Shown here piece by piece: positions 24,001-39,029 of a DNA stretch of 64,000 nt (position 1 is its first letter; the number at the start of each line of letters is the position of its first letter). The stretch covers positions 104,286,001 to 104,350,000 of the forward strand of contig NC_086107.1 in NCBI RefSeq assembly GCF_963921235.1, in the 5' to 3' direction. Made by a program: the position numbers and the translations under genes. The notes beneath the pieces are model-generated. The model was not told the origin of the DNA. It was given only the letters and a program-made list of their open reading frames with translations, and did no database searches. Source of the stretch: Mobula hypostoma. Lineage: Eukaryota.

Positions 24001-27000
24001 CTTTTTACTGTGCTCATGGACTGTTCTTCATCAAGTTATGGTATTGTTGCACTGTTGTAACTATATGTTATAATTATGTGGTTTTGTCAGTTTTTTCAGT
24101 CTTGATCCGTCCTGTGTTTTGTGATATCACACCAGAGGAAATATTGTATCATTTCTTAATGCATGCATTACTAAATGACAATAAAAGAGGACTGCGTGTC
24201 TTTATAATCTAAAAAAAATTATTCTATGGGGTTCGTGTTTCGTGGATGTCTGAGAAGAGTAAGAATTTTGGTTTGTATATTGTTTACATTCTCTGACATT
24301 AAATGGAACTATTTGGACCATGTGGGGTTTCCCCAGGTGCTCCGGTTTCCTCCCACGTTCCAAAGATGTAGAGTTAAAGTTAGGGTTAATGAGTTGTGGG
24401 CATGCTATATTGGCACTGGAAGTGTGGTACCCCCAGCTCGTCCTCGGACCGTGTTGGTTGTTGTTGCAAAAGAAGTATTTCACTGCATGTTTCGATGTAC
24501 ATGTGACAAATAAAGCTAATCTCACTAAATGCTCATCAGATACAACTAAATCTGTCTGTTACCATAAGATCATAAGTAATAGGAGCAGAATTAGGCGATT
24601 TGGCCCATCGAGTCTTCTCTGCCATTTCATTATGGCTGATCCAAATTTCCACTCATCCCCAACCTCCTGTCTTCTCCCACATCCCTTCATGCCCTGATCA
24701 TTCAAGAATCTATCAACCTCTGCCTTAAATATACATTAACCTCCATGGCTGCCTGTGGCAAAGAATCCCTGATATTCTCCACTCTCTGGCTAAAGAAATT
24801 CCTTCTCATCTCCGTTCTAAAAGGATGCCCCTCTATTCTGAGGCTGTGTCCTTTGGTCTTAGACTCTCCTACCATAGGAAACATCCTCTCCACATCGACT
24901 CTATCAAGGCCTTTCACCATTTGATAGGTTTAAATGAGGTCACACCCCTCATTCTTCTGAAATCTAGTGAATACAGGCCCAGAGCCATCAAACACTCTTC
25001 ATATGACAAGTCATTCAATCCTGGAATCATTTTCGTGAACCTCCTTTGAACCTTCTCCATTTTCAGCATTTCAACCAGGTTTTACTAATCTATGCTTGCA
25101 TCTTGGAGTCATAGAGAGGATAGGCACAGAAACAGGCCCTTCAGCCCATCTAGCCAATGCCAAAACCATTTAAACTGCCTACTCCCATCAAGCTGCACCA
25201 GGACCATAGCCCTCCATATCCCTACTACCCATGTACTTATCCAAACTTCTCTTAAACATTGAAATATAGTATCTACCGAATGTATCTTCTGCTTTTCATT
25301 TCTCTCTTCCACTTTTCTGGCCTCTTCCACTCCTCTCCTCTCTATTTCACCCTCTCTCCTACACCTTGGCTTCATTTACATTGTGTGTGACACTAATCCC
25401 TGCCCGTGTCGACAGCGCCTCCCATGTGCGAGGATATTTGAGTGATATGCTTTTAACCTCGTTAAAAGGAGAAGATGGCGGCATGACGCAGCTCGCAGCG
25501 GCCACTCTGGTGACTGATATCTGTTAATTGTCAAGTAGGGTGCCGTGCACAATCCTGATTTGGTGGAGACAGACATGAGAGCACGGAGGAACATCTGGTG
25601 AAACTTCTGAAATGCCTGTTTCGCTGCCGCTGCTACTGTGTGATCCAGAATCTCCGGAGGGGAAGGCCCCGAATCCTCAGCTTTGCTTGTTGCTCGGTGG
25701 CCGGGGTGGGGTCGAAGCGCTCGGCAGAGGATGGTGTTCGGTGCTCGGTGCCGGAGAGCTGGTTGGAGGCTCGAAATTTTCGGACGGACTCAGAGTCCGC
25801 TGCGGTCGGGAGCTTCCAATGGTGCTGCATCGGCAAGTTTGCGGCGCTTGGAGGTTCATGGCAGGAAGAGTTTCTCCCTTCTACTGTTGGCGTGAGATGA
25901 TGGGGCTATCGGGACTTGAGACTTTTTTTTTACCATGGCCATGGTCTGCTCTTTATCAAATTATGGTACTGCTTTGCACTGTTTTAACTATATGTTATAA
26001 TTATGTGGTTTTGTCAGTTTTAGTCTTGGTTTGTCTTGTGTTTTTGTGATATCATTCTGGAGGAACATTGTATCATTTTTTAATGCATGCATTTCTAAAT
26101 GGCAATAAACGAGGACTGAGTGTCCTCATAATCTAATCTAATCTATTTCACTGCTTATACTCACGTAGCAGATGGCTACTATCTCTTCGCGGATGGTGGC
26201 GCTCTCTGGCACCATGGGGGTCTTTTCTGGGTTCACACCATTGTCAAACACCGTGAATTTGGTCCCAAACACATTCGACCTGTGCCAGGGAGAAGCACAC
26301 ATTTGGTTATATCAGGGCACTCCCAGTCCTCGAGATTTCAGGTTCAGATTCAAATTTATTTAATCACATGTACATTGAAACATATGCGTTTACAACAAAC
26401 ACACCTAAGGATGTGCTGTGGACAGCCCGAAAGTGTTGTCACATATTGCAGCGCCAACATAGCTGCAGCAACAGCACAAACAACAAGACAACGACAACGA
26501 AACCAGCCGCTTTCCCACCCGCTCACACACAGAAACAGCAATCCAACCCCAGGACAGGCCACCTCCCTTTGAACCTTCACTGGACGCTATCTCCAGGCAT
26601 CCAGTCCTTGGCCCTGGACCCTCAGACGTTGAACTTCTAGCTCTGGACTTTGCCAACTGCTGGGTTTCAACCCAGGATCGCCAATCATGGGTTTCATCTT
26701 TGTGTCTTGACCCAAAGACTTGCAGACTGGTGCTTCAGGGCTGGGTGTGTCTGCACCTGCACCCTGGCACTTTTCTGCCACCTGTCCCACGGCACTCTAC
26801 CCTCACCATTCCCAACATCCTTTACTCCCGCCAGATTTACAAACTTGCTGTCCGCTCCATGTTGACATGTACAGTACTGTGCATAAGTCTTAGGCACCCT
26901 GACTATATATATATATCTATATATCTATATATATATATCTATCTGCTGGAGTTTAGAAGAGTGAAAAGTGATTTTATTCAAATGTTTAAGACTCTGAAGG

Positions 27001-30000
27001 GCCTGGACGGGGTGGATGGTGAGAGCCTGTTTCCTCTTGTGGGAGAACACAGAACAAGAACCATTGTTTGAAAATAAATAACGCATTACCCATTTAAGAC
27101 AAAGGTTTTACATCATCATTTTATTCAAGAGGGTTGAGAGCCTTGGAACTCTTTTCCAGTGGCTGTTGGAGACAGATTATTCCTATCCCATCAATAGAGG
27201 TAAAGAAATCCTTCACTCTGTCTGCCACAACTGGTAGGATTTCCCGGTAGCCACCTATTCTAATTCTTCTTCCCATTCCAACATGCTAGTCCATGGCCTT
27301 CTCTTTGGCATGATGAGGCCGCTCACAGATTGGAGGTGCAACACCTCATATTCCATCTAGGTAGCCTCCATCCTGATGGCGTGAACATCGATTTTTCTAA
27401 CATCCAGTAGTTTCTTACCTTCTCTTTCTTCTGGTAATAGAACATAGAATAGTACAGCACAGTACAGGCGCTTCAGCCCACAATGTTGTGCCGACCCTCA
27501 AACACTGCCTCCCATATAAGCCCCCACCTTAAGTTCCTCCATATACCTGTCTAGTATTCTCTTAAACTTCACTAGTGTATCTGCCTCCACTACTGACTCA
27601 GGCAGTGCATTCCACGTACCAACCACTCTCTCAGTAAAAAACCTTCCTCTAATATCCCCCTTGAACTTCCCACCCCTTACCTTAAAGCCATGTCCTCTTG
27701 TATTGAGCAGTGGTGCCCTGGGGAAGAGGTGCTGGCTATCCACTCTATCTATTCCTCTTGATATCTTGTACACTTCTATCATGTCTCCTCTCATCCTCCT
27801 TCTCTCCAAAGAGTAAAGCCCTAGCTCCCTTAATCTCTGATCATAATGCATACTCTCTAAACCAGGCAGCATCCTGGTAAATCTCCTCTGTACCCTTTCC
27901 AATGCTTCCATATCCTTCCTATAGTGAGGCGACCAGAACTGGACACAGTACTCCAAGTGTGGCCTAACCAGAGTTTTATAGAGCTGCATCATTATATCGT
28001 GACTTTTAAACTCTATCCCTCGACTTATGAACGCTAACACCCATAAGCTTTCTTAACTACCGTATCCACCTGTGAGGCAACTTTCAGGGATCTGTGGACA
28101 TGATCCCCCTGCTCCTCCACACTACCAAGTATCCTGCCATTTACTTTGTACTCTGCCTTGGAGTTTGTCCTTCCAAAGTGTACCCTTCTCCGGGTGGAAC
28201 TCCATCTGCCACTTCTCAGCCCACTTAATGTTTAATGGCGGTTGGCAGAGGTGCATTACCGCCATCTACTGAGCATCATTCAAAGACATCAAATATTTTT
28301 CTTTCAGAAAGTCTTCCTCCACCATCCCTTTCACATTTGTGTCACTACAACCTCACATTGTACAATGAGCATTAAAGTCCCCTTACTATCAACTAACAAA
28401 CTTCTAGCATTTCATTGTAGGACTTTAAAAAAACAAGAAAAGAGAAAATACATTAACAATCCTTCTCTGACCGTTAGTTAACGAACTTCTAGCATTCCAT
28501 TGTAAAAAAAGAAAAAAGATTAACATCCCTTCTTTGGAGTCTGAATATTATTTACCCCTCCTTTAAAGCATCATTAACAATTTCTAGAGTTAAATCTTTT
28601 ATTTCTAAATGTTTTTTTCTGCAGCTTTTGATAAAATTTTAATTTTTTCTGTCCTAGTTTTAGTTTGTGCTGTATAGTTTACCACACCTGCCATGGAAGT
28701 GACAAATTTTAGTTTATCAACAATCAATGAATCCTTTCTTATAAAATCATGCACTTTATACACTGCCTTTAGTTAATTTAATCAGATTGATATCAGAAAC
28801 CCGTCCACATTCAAAACCCAGCAATACCTTAAACTCTTCTTTCCTTTTTATATTTCATCATTGGAAAATAAGACACAACAATCCTCAATTCCTCACTTAT
28901 TTTCCTGTTCAGCAGAAACTTGCCATTCACCTTCCTCCATACAACTCCTATCCCCCCAAAACCAACTCCCATTGACTACTTCCTCACTTCCTGATATCTC
29001 TACCCCACAATCTTCGAATGAAATGCTCTGTCCAACTCTGCACTCATGTCTGTCTGACTCATAGTTTCTGCCCCCTTCCCCTTGTCTCTTCTTCCACTCC
29101 CTGTTCTGGCTCCCCTCTTACCTCTCCTCACCTGTCCTCCCTCTGGTGCCCCTCCTCCTCCCCTTTCTCCCATGGTACACTCTCCTCTCCTCGCCACCAC
29201 CCCCCATCACGGCGATGATACTTATGGCAGCAATGAAGGTCCCCTCCATCTCTGGCAGTGTTCAGGACTCAGGACTTCCTTCATCGTGTCAGTAGCTTCC
29301 TCCCAGTTTTCACTACTGTCAGTCATGCATCTTCTGGGATGAGACTCAGGAATACCATCGTGCTCAGATGTAGAAGGAGTCTTCATTGCTGTTTCCATAA
29401 CAGTTTTGTTTGACCAGTCAGGGTTGTTGGTCCTGAGCTGAACCACCAAACCTGGAGGACCGGTGGATCACTCTTAGTCTGACCCCTACCCTTTGAACTG
29501 TTTGGCATGGGTGACCCTACCAAGAGTCAAAGGATAAAGCCCTGACTCCAGCTCTCCTGGTCATGGAGGCCCACAAGCCTCCAAACCCAACGACAAGGTT
29601 GAGGTCCTCTTGGAAGCTTCCTGCTCTCCCTTTCAGCAAATTTCAGTTCCAAATGATCCTAATTCTGATGCAGGGCCATCAACCTGAAATGTTCCTCTCC
29701 TCAGTGACACTGTCCAACCTGCCCAGTGTTCAGTGCCCACCTTACCAATGCTGCCTGACCTGCGTGTTTGGAATGCACCTCAACGGTGCTGTCTAACCTG
29801 AGGGCTTGGAAGGAGGGAAAGAGGGAGGAAGGAAGGGAGGGAGGAAGGAAGGGAGGAGGGAAGGAGGGAGGGAAGGAAAGAGGGAAGACCCTGCTATAGT
29901 GTGTTCCATAAGTGGAATGCTGTGCAGCCACTGTGGGGAAAAAAGTGCAGAACAGAAATCTCACACATTGTAAACATAAATCTAAGATATAACATAAAGG

Positions 30001-31762
30001 CTACTTTATCCTGGATGTTGTCGAGCTCACAAAATGCTGAAGGAACTCAGCAGGTCAGGCAGCATCGATGGAGAGAATGAGCAGATGCCTTTTCGAGCCG
30101 AGACCCTTCATCAGCATTTTATATATGGTGCACGACCTCTCGTATTCGGTATTCCAACCTGGGACAAAGATTCTAACTGCCTACCCTAAACACACCTCTG
30201 AACCTATCAGGTCTCCTTTCAGCCTCTGACTCTCCCGAGGAAATGACTCAACTTTGTCCAACCTCTCCTCCTAGCTCATGGCCTCTAATCCAGGCAGCAT
30301 CCAGGTGAACTGCTTCTGCACCCTCTCCAAAGCCTCCACATCCTTCCTGTGGTGACACGACCAGAACTACTCACAATAAAATGAGAGGGCATCGTTTTAA
30401 GGTGAGTGCGGGAAAGTGCAGGGGGTATGTCAGAGGGTAGTTTCCTTTTTGACATAGAAACTATGTGGGTGCTTGGAATAGAGACATTAAAGAGACTCTT
30501 AGATAGGCACATGGATGAAAGAAAAATGGAGGACTATGCTGAAGGGAAGGGTTCAAAGGTCATGGGCCAAGGGCCTGCACTATCCTGTACCCTTCTACAT
30601 TTTAAGTTCTTCACTGTTTTTGGCATTACTCAAAAGTTTGATTTTATTATCAAAGTACATATATGTCACCATATACAGGGCTGAGATTCATTTTCTTGTG
30701 GGCATACTCAACAAATCTATAGAAGAGTAACTATAAACAGGACCAATGAAAGATCAACCAGAGTGCAGAAGATAACAAGCTGTGCAGATGCAAATATAAA
30801 TAAATAGTAATAAATAACGAGAACGTGAGATGAAGAGTCCTTGAAAGTGACTCAGTGTGCTTCATTACTCTCATCTAGGCAAGCAGACAGAATTCCAGCA
30901 CACTGCTGACTTGTGCATCTCAGACGGTGGGGGAGCTCCAGGGCGGCAGGAGATGACCACAGAGGCTCAGTCTACGGTATCGTCGTGATAGTAACGTGGC
31001 TTCCCCATTTGAGGATGCAATCCCTCCACCAGGGAGCTGGTGGGGTGGGGAGAGTAATAGCCGAATGGATGAAGAAATGTTTACACCTTTGTGGTGTGGC
31101 TCACCTCAACTTGCCAATGAAGCTGTCTCCGCCACGGGACAGGTTCGTCGGGTCTGTGGAGATGAGATAGTTGGACGTTTTGCTCTTCTTGCGCTTGCGG
31201 CCAGCCATCAAGAAAATCTGAGGGAGTGATCACATGACAGGCATTTTCTGCTCCTGGTCTGGGGAATTGGCAGTTTCCACGGACAGAGCCCACCTCCATT
31301 TCCCACGGTGCCCTGTTACCACTGACCCCCGCCACCCTCCACCCGGTGGGAGTCAACCCATGGGGACTTTCCCCTTGGTGTTTGTTGTCACCTCAGAGGC
31401 GGGCACAAGGTGCCAATGCACATCTCCCAGAATTGGGTTACTGTTCCTACAGCTGCATTCCAAAGAGAGACGGAATTGGCCACTCCCATTATGTGCTGGG
31501 AAATCACAGAATCACTCCAAAACCATTCCATTACATCAGGTTCCCAGCCTGGGGTCCATGGACCCTTCGGTTAATGTAAGGGGTCTGTGGCATTAAAAAG
31601 GTTGGAAACCACTGTATTACATGGAGCCGGTGAGTGAACTCTTGTCTCTGAGGCCTTCAGTATCTCTGTTACTCTCTCTCCCTCTCTCACTCTGAGTCTC
31701 TCTTTCTCACTCTCAGTCTGTCTCTCTGAGTCTGCCTCCTTCTCCCACACATTCTCACTCTG

Positions 31763-31816
<54 letters not shown>

Positions 31817-34800
31817 TCTCACTCTGAGTCACACTCTCACTCTGAGGCTCTGTCTTTCTCTCTCTATCTCTCACTCTCTCACTTTACTCTGAGTTTACTG
31901 GCTTCCCCCAGGTCACTCCACAGAATTGACAGCACTCATAGACCAGGCACCCTGCACACGTTGCCAACTTGTTGTCCAATGGCTTGAGAGCAGGAGGAGG
32001 TGCAAGTCCTCCCATACAGAGATCAAAGATGACGCATGATAACTTAGACAAAGACGAGAACATCTGAGGGGAAAGAGTCACATTTCAGGGAATCTACCTT
32101 GCTGGGCTCACTCTGATTCCCAGGCTTTGGACGCCAGCCAGCCCCAAAAGGAGCTCCCTTGCTCAAGGAATGCACGGGATGCAACTGGATCATCACAAAT
32201 GCAAAAAGCCTCCAGGATTGGGAATCTGGTCAATCCCAGTCCTTCTTCATTTCTACCCATTCCATTAGAGTGAGTGGTTTAACCAGTACCTTTTTCCCAT
32301 CATCCCTCTCCATGTGCAGATAGTAAGTTGGGAATATTCCCTTATCCATTCCCTTTTTGTCCCGTGTGATCCGACATTTCACCACAGTTCCTTGGGGTGC
32401 AGGTTTGAACGCAAAATCTTCCAGATTACCCACTTTAATCGGGACACCCTCTGCTTTGGAGACCTCCTGGATAAAAAGACAAAGTGTCATTGATGCAGTG
32501 ACCGGGCAAAGTTTGAACAAAATTAATGAATAAAATACTTCTCCTGAGTGAATGGGGGCAGGGGAATAATTACATCACTGATGCATACACATCTTTCACA
32601 ACCCCAAGATGTTAAAGTCATATTCTTCACCTTCCCCACCCCACCTCCTTTCTTGGTCTGTTTTTTATTTTCTTTTATTGAGATATAGCACATAACCGAA
32701 AGAAGCTGCAGAGGGTTGTAAATTTAGTCGGCTCCATCTTGGGTACTAGCCTACAAAGTACCCAGGACATCTTTAGGGAGTGGTGTTTCAGAAAGGCAGC
32801 ATCCATTATTAAGGACCCCCAGCACCCAGAGCATGCCCTTTTCTCACTGTTACCGTCAGGAAGGAGGTACAGAAGCCTGAAGGCACACACTCAGTGATTC
32901 AGGAACAGCTTCTTCCCCTCTGCCACCCAATTTCTAAATGGATATTGAACCCGTGAACACTACCTCACTTTTTTAATGTATATTATTTCTGTTTTTTGTA
33001 TGATTTTAAAATCTATTCAATATGTGTACTGTAATTGATTTACTTATTTATTATAATTATTATTTTCTTCTATATTATGTATTGCATTGAACTGCTGCTG
33101 TTATGTTAGCAAATTTCATGACACATGCCGGTGATAATAAACTTGATTCTGATTCTGAATAGGCCTTTCCAGCCACCCAACAACCAACAATTTAACCTAT
33201 CCTAATCGGGGACAATCTACAATAACTAATTAACTTACCGACCAATATATCTTTGGGCTGTGGGAGGAAACCAGAGCACGCGGAGGAAACTTACGCGGTC
33301 ACGGGGAAAATGTATAAACTCCTTACAGACAGTGGCGGGAATTGCTGGGACTGTAAAGCGTTGTGCTAACCACTGTGCTACTATGATCTCTCCTCCGGTT
33401 CATAAGAACAAAACCACCAGGCCATTTGTCTCCTAAAGCCACTCCAAATCTCTCCATCCAATCTTTTCCACTTCCGATCCCCTGGGTGATCTCGGCCTCA
33501 ACTGCGTTCAGTGATTGAACACCCTACAGCTGGAGAATCTCTTAGATTCAGAACCACCCAATTAAAGAAATACCTTAAGATATAAGGTTCTTATCCTAAG
33601 ACAGTGCCTTCTATTTTCTCAGGTGGAGGGTATAGGCTCTCAAAGGATTGAAAGTACATTTATTATCAAAGTATGCATGTGGTATACAACCCTGAGATTA
33701 ATCTTCCCACAGACAGCCATGAAACAAAGTGAACCTTAGAACCCATTTAAAGAAAAAACATCAAACCGCCCGAAGTGTAAAAAAAAACAAATCATGCAAA
33801 CGGCAAAAAGAATGAGTCAAAAACACAGAATACAAAGCATCAAATCACAAAGACGTCGAAAGAGTCCAGGTAGATTCAGTTCAGCTCAATTTGGTTCAAC
33901 CCAGCGCCACGTCTCTCGCAGCGCTAGTCCGCCCTGATCAAAACCGCACAAACAAAAACAGCAACAAAGAAAACGGAGCGACCAGAAACCAGAAACACAT
34001 CATAATGTGAGCGTCCCATTCAGCGTCATGTGCGTCTTGTTATGATCAAACATCTGGATGGCCGCAGCGATCATCATTATCCCTCCGGCCACTTATTTCA
34101 TATTCTAAGGGTTGTTGTGCTCAGGTCCAAGGGATCCATTAACAACAGCATTTTTGTTAATTTTAAATCTAAAATTAGCTTTCTCCCTTTCACTTAACTG
34201 CATGCTTAAGGCCTCTACTTTTAAAAAAAATCAACTCAACATTGTTTAAAGTCGCTGCCATTTTCTTGGTCATCAATATAATTTCTCCTGCAAGGGTAAT
34301 CCCTTTTACACTCTCTATAAATATACGTAAAACTTTTCTGATATAACTTGCTGTTTTATTCTCAAAGTAAAATTTCCTCCCTCTTTATATTAATGTTTGA
34401 TCATTTTTGATTTAAAAGTCATGTATTCAAAGTTTAAAAGTTGCATGCCATCTTGGACAATGTCTCCCATCCACTACATAATGTACTGGGTGGGCACAGG
34501 AGTACATTCAGCCAGAGACTCATTCCACCGAGATGCAACACAGAGCGTCATAGGAAGTCATTCCTGCCTGTGGCCATCAAACTTTACAACTCCTCCCTTG
34601 GAGGGTCAGACACCCTGAGCCAATAGGCTGGTCCTGGACTTATTTCCTGGCATAATTTACATATTACTATTTAACTATTTATGGTTTTATTACTATTTAT
34701 TATTTATGGTGCAACTGTAACGAAAACCAATTTCCCCCAGGATCAATAAAGTATGACTATGACTATGATTTTTCCTAGAATTACTACTATTAACATTTTG

Positions 34801-37800
34801 ACCTCCTATTAATCAAATGGAATCTTTGTTGGGCATGGCTGTACCACTTTTTTGTCTGTTTGTAATATTGATTAGTCATAGAGTCTGTTTCCGTGGTCTT
34901 TATACCATTAACTCCCCATCAACCATCAACCATCAACCATCAACCATCTGTTTACACTAATCCTGGAATGACCTGATTTTTATTCTCCCCCCAGATTCCA
35001 TCCATTGTCTACGCATGAGGGACAATTAACCCGCACGTCGACAAGATATGGGAGCAAATTGGAGCATCCAGGGAAAATCCATGTAGTCACAGAGAGAACG
35101 TGCAAACTCCACACAGGTCAGGATCGAACCCAGGACTCTGGCGCTGTGAAGCAGAGGCTCTATTTGCTGTACCAGCGTGTTGCCGTGTAATGACTTTTTA
35201 TTCTTTAAAAGCTTCTTGTCAGCCATCCTAATTGTTACTTACACTTCTGAATCTACCCAGTTAGGTTGTTATAGCTGGGGATGGTAGTGGAGACAAGCTC
35301 CCACTACCTATTAAATGCTCCCAATGGTGTGCATCTCAAATAACCTCTGACAACCAAATCCAGCTCCTGGCCTTCATACGTGGCTTAGATACTAAACCTG
35401 GCAGAACTGTTTCTACTGATAGGAGAAGGGGCAAAGACGGGTTACTGGCACCTTATAAAACCAGTCGCTTTGGGCAGAAGTGGCTCGTCAGTCGTGGTTG
35501 GCAGCTCATCTAGGAGAAAGAAAACTCTGATCTCAAACCTCCACTGCCTTGCGATTATACTTAACTCATGAGGCTTTGGAGGTAAACCCCAAGGGAAGAA
35601 TCTGGAGTTGGAGCCTCTGAGGCAGTCCTACATGGAGTTCAACACTGACTCTCCTGGTGCCAAACTGTATTGGTCTGTGCTGTTCCTTTGAATTCTTCAG
35701 CTGTGTGGAAAGAGGGAACTTGCTGCATGGACAACAGCTTGCTCTCCAACACTGCCTGATCCCATTCGCTTTAACATTGTACAAAAAATGATGAAGAAGT
35801 GGGGGGTAAGGCATGGGGATATATTTAAATAACCAATTGCTAGTTTTAGAATGGTGGGAAACTGATTCTCTCAGCTAAACGTAGGGGACTGGAGTTCCGT
35901 CTAACCATCCACTGATTGATTGATTGAGATACAGCACAGAATAGGCTCTTCCAGCCCTTCGATCACTCCACGCGGCAACCTCCAGGACAGTTTACGGTGA
36001 CCAATTAACCTACTAACCGGTACGCCTTCGGACTGTGGGAGGAAACCGGAGCACCTGGAGGAAACCCACGCGGTCACGGGGAGAACGTACGAACTCCTTA
36101 CAGGCAGCGGCGGGAATTGAACTGGGGTCGCCGGTACTGTAAAGCGCTGTGCTAACCACTACACTACCGAGCCACCCCTGTAGTCTGACACAACCCATAT
36201 GAATTTATTCTGCTTTTGTTATTTCAATTCACACAATAATTTGCCCTCACCTGAAGCCTTCCTACACCTCAGTACAACATTTTAAATTTAGGACATAGAA
36301 CAGTACAGCACAGGAACAGGCCCTTCGGCCCACAATGTTGTGCTGAACCATTTAAATTAGTAATCAAATGGCCAACTAAACTAATCCCTTGTGCCTACAC
36401 AATGTCAACATCCTTTCATTTTCCTTTCATTTTTATGCCTATTTAAAGGCGAATGCAATGTTGGCATTCATTTCTAGAGCAATAGAGTATAGGAGCAGGG
36501 ATGTGATGTTGAGGCTCTATAAGGCGCTGGTGAGACCTCACTTGGAGTACTGTGGGCAGTTTTGGTCTCCTTATTTAAGAAAGGATGTGCTGACGTTGGA
36601 GAGGGTACAGAGAAGATTCACTAGAATGATTCCGGGAATGAGAGGGTTAACATATGAGGAACGTTTGTCCGCTCTTGGACTGTATTCCTTGGAGTTTAGA
36701 AGAATGAGGGGAGACCTCATAGAAACATTTCGAATGTTGAAAGGCATGGACAGAGTGGATGTGGCAAAGTTGTTTCCCATGATGGGGGAGTCTAGTACGA
36801 GAGGGCATGACTTCAGGATTGAAGGCCGCCCATTCAGATCAGAGATGTGAAGAAATTTTTTTAGTCAGAGGGTGGTGAATCTATGGAATTTGTTGCCACG
36901 GGCAGCAGTGGAGGCCAAGTCATTGGGTGTATTTAAGGCAGAGATTGATAGGTATCTGAGTAGCCAGGGCATCAATGGTTATGGTGAGAAGGTGGGGGAG
37001 TGGGACTAAATAGGAGAATGGATCAGCTCATGATAAAATGGCAGAGCAGACTCGATGGGCAGAATGGCCTACTTCTGCTCCTTTGTCTTATGGTCTTATG
37101 GACTTAAATGTTTCTGAAGTCTCTAGTCTTTCAGCCCCTACCACCACTCCAGACAGCACATTCCAGGCACCTTCTACTCTGTGTAAAAAAACTTGCCCCT
37201 CGCTTCTCCTTTGAAATTACCTCCTCTCACTTTAAATCCATGATATCTGGCATCAGACTTTTCAACCCTGGGAAAAAGATATGGTCTGTCTACTCTATCG
37301 ATGCCTCTTGTAATCTTATAAATCTCTATCAGATCTCCCCTCAGCCTCCACCGCTCCAAAGAAAACCCAAGTGTGTCCAATTTCTCATTTTTAGCACAAC
37401 CTTTCTAATCCAAGTGGTATCATGGTAAACTTCTTCTGCACCCTTTGCAAAGGCTCAACATCCTTCCTATAATGCGCTGCCCAGAACTGTATGCAATTTG
37501 CCAACATACTAGTCCTTGTGGAGTCTCTCCAATTGAATAACTCAATTTCTCCCATCTTTGGAGTCAATTTCCCACGAACATCTCCTGATCGACTGTTACT
37601 TCTTTGGATCTCACTCCAGTTCTATCCACTTTGATTTGGACCACGTCGGATCTTCCCTTCTTTCACCATGTTTTTCTCCAATCTCAAGGAGATGTCCTTA
37701 ACCCCAGCACCAGCCTTCAGGACTCCTAGCACCAGCTATCAAGCTGATCTCTCATACCAGAATCAGAATCAGGTTTAATATCACCGGCATATGTCATGAA

Positions 37801-38945
37801 ATTTGTTAACTTAGCAGCTGCAGTACAATGCAATACATAATAATATAGAAAAAAATAAGTAAATCAATTACAATAAGTATATATGTATATTAAATAGTTA
37901 ATTTAAAAATAGTACAAAAACAGAAATAATATAAAAAATGAGGTAGTGTTCATGGGTTTAATGTCCATTTAGGAATCGGATGGCAGAGGGGAAGAAGCTG
38001 TTCCTGAATCACTAAGTGTGTGTCTTCAGGCTTCTGTACCTCCTTCCTAATGGTAACAATGAAAAGAGGGCATATCCTGGGTGGTGGGGGTCCTTAATAA
38101 TGGACGCTGCCTTTCTGAGGCACCGCTCCTAAAGATGTCTTGGATACTACGGAGGCCAGTGCCCATGATGGAGCTGACTAATTTTACAACTTCCTGCAGC
38201 TTACTTCGATCCTGTGCAGTAGCCACCCCCACCCCCTCCCAGACGGTGATGCAGCCAGTCAGAATGCTCTCTACAGCACTTCTGTAGAAGTTTTCGAGTG
38301 TTTCAGGTGACAAACCAAATCTCCTCAAACTCCTAATGAAATATAGATGCTGTCTTGCCTTCTCTATAGCTGCATCAATATTTTGGGACCAGGTTAGATC
38401 CTCAGAGATCTTGACACCCAGGAACTTGAAATTGCTCACTCTCTCCACTTCTGATCCCTCTGAGAGGATTGGTTCATGTTCCCTAGTCTTACCCTTCCTG
38501 AAGTCCACAATCAGTTCTTTAGTCTTACTGACGCTGAGTGCCAGGTTGTCGTTACGACACCATTCAACTAGTTGGTGTCGGTATATCGCGCTCCTGTACA
38601 CCCTCTCGCCTCCAGCTGAGATTCTACCAACAATAGTTGTATCATCAGCAAAGTTATAGATGGCATTTGACCTGTGCCTAGCCACACAGTCATGGGTGTA
38701 GAGAGAGTAGAGCAGTGGGCTAAGCACACACCTCAGAGGTACAGCAGTGTTGATCATCAGCGAGGAGGAGATATTATTATCAATCCACATAGACTGTGGT
38801 CTTCTGGTTAGGAAGGCGAGGATCCAATTGCAGAGGGGGGTACAGAGGCCCAGGTTCTGTAGCTTTACAATCAATGCTCTGTTCAATCTTGCTCCCTTGA
38901 AGAGATCCCATATAGTATGTATAGTTAACCCCATATGCTTGCGCG

Positions 38946-39029
<84 letters not shown>

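Noticed and set aside
23466..24017. 183-aa minus-strand ORF and the ORF cluster at 25598-26049
   Set aside because: They lie in GC-rich non-autonomous retroelements and are open by composition.
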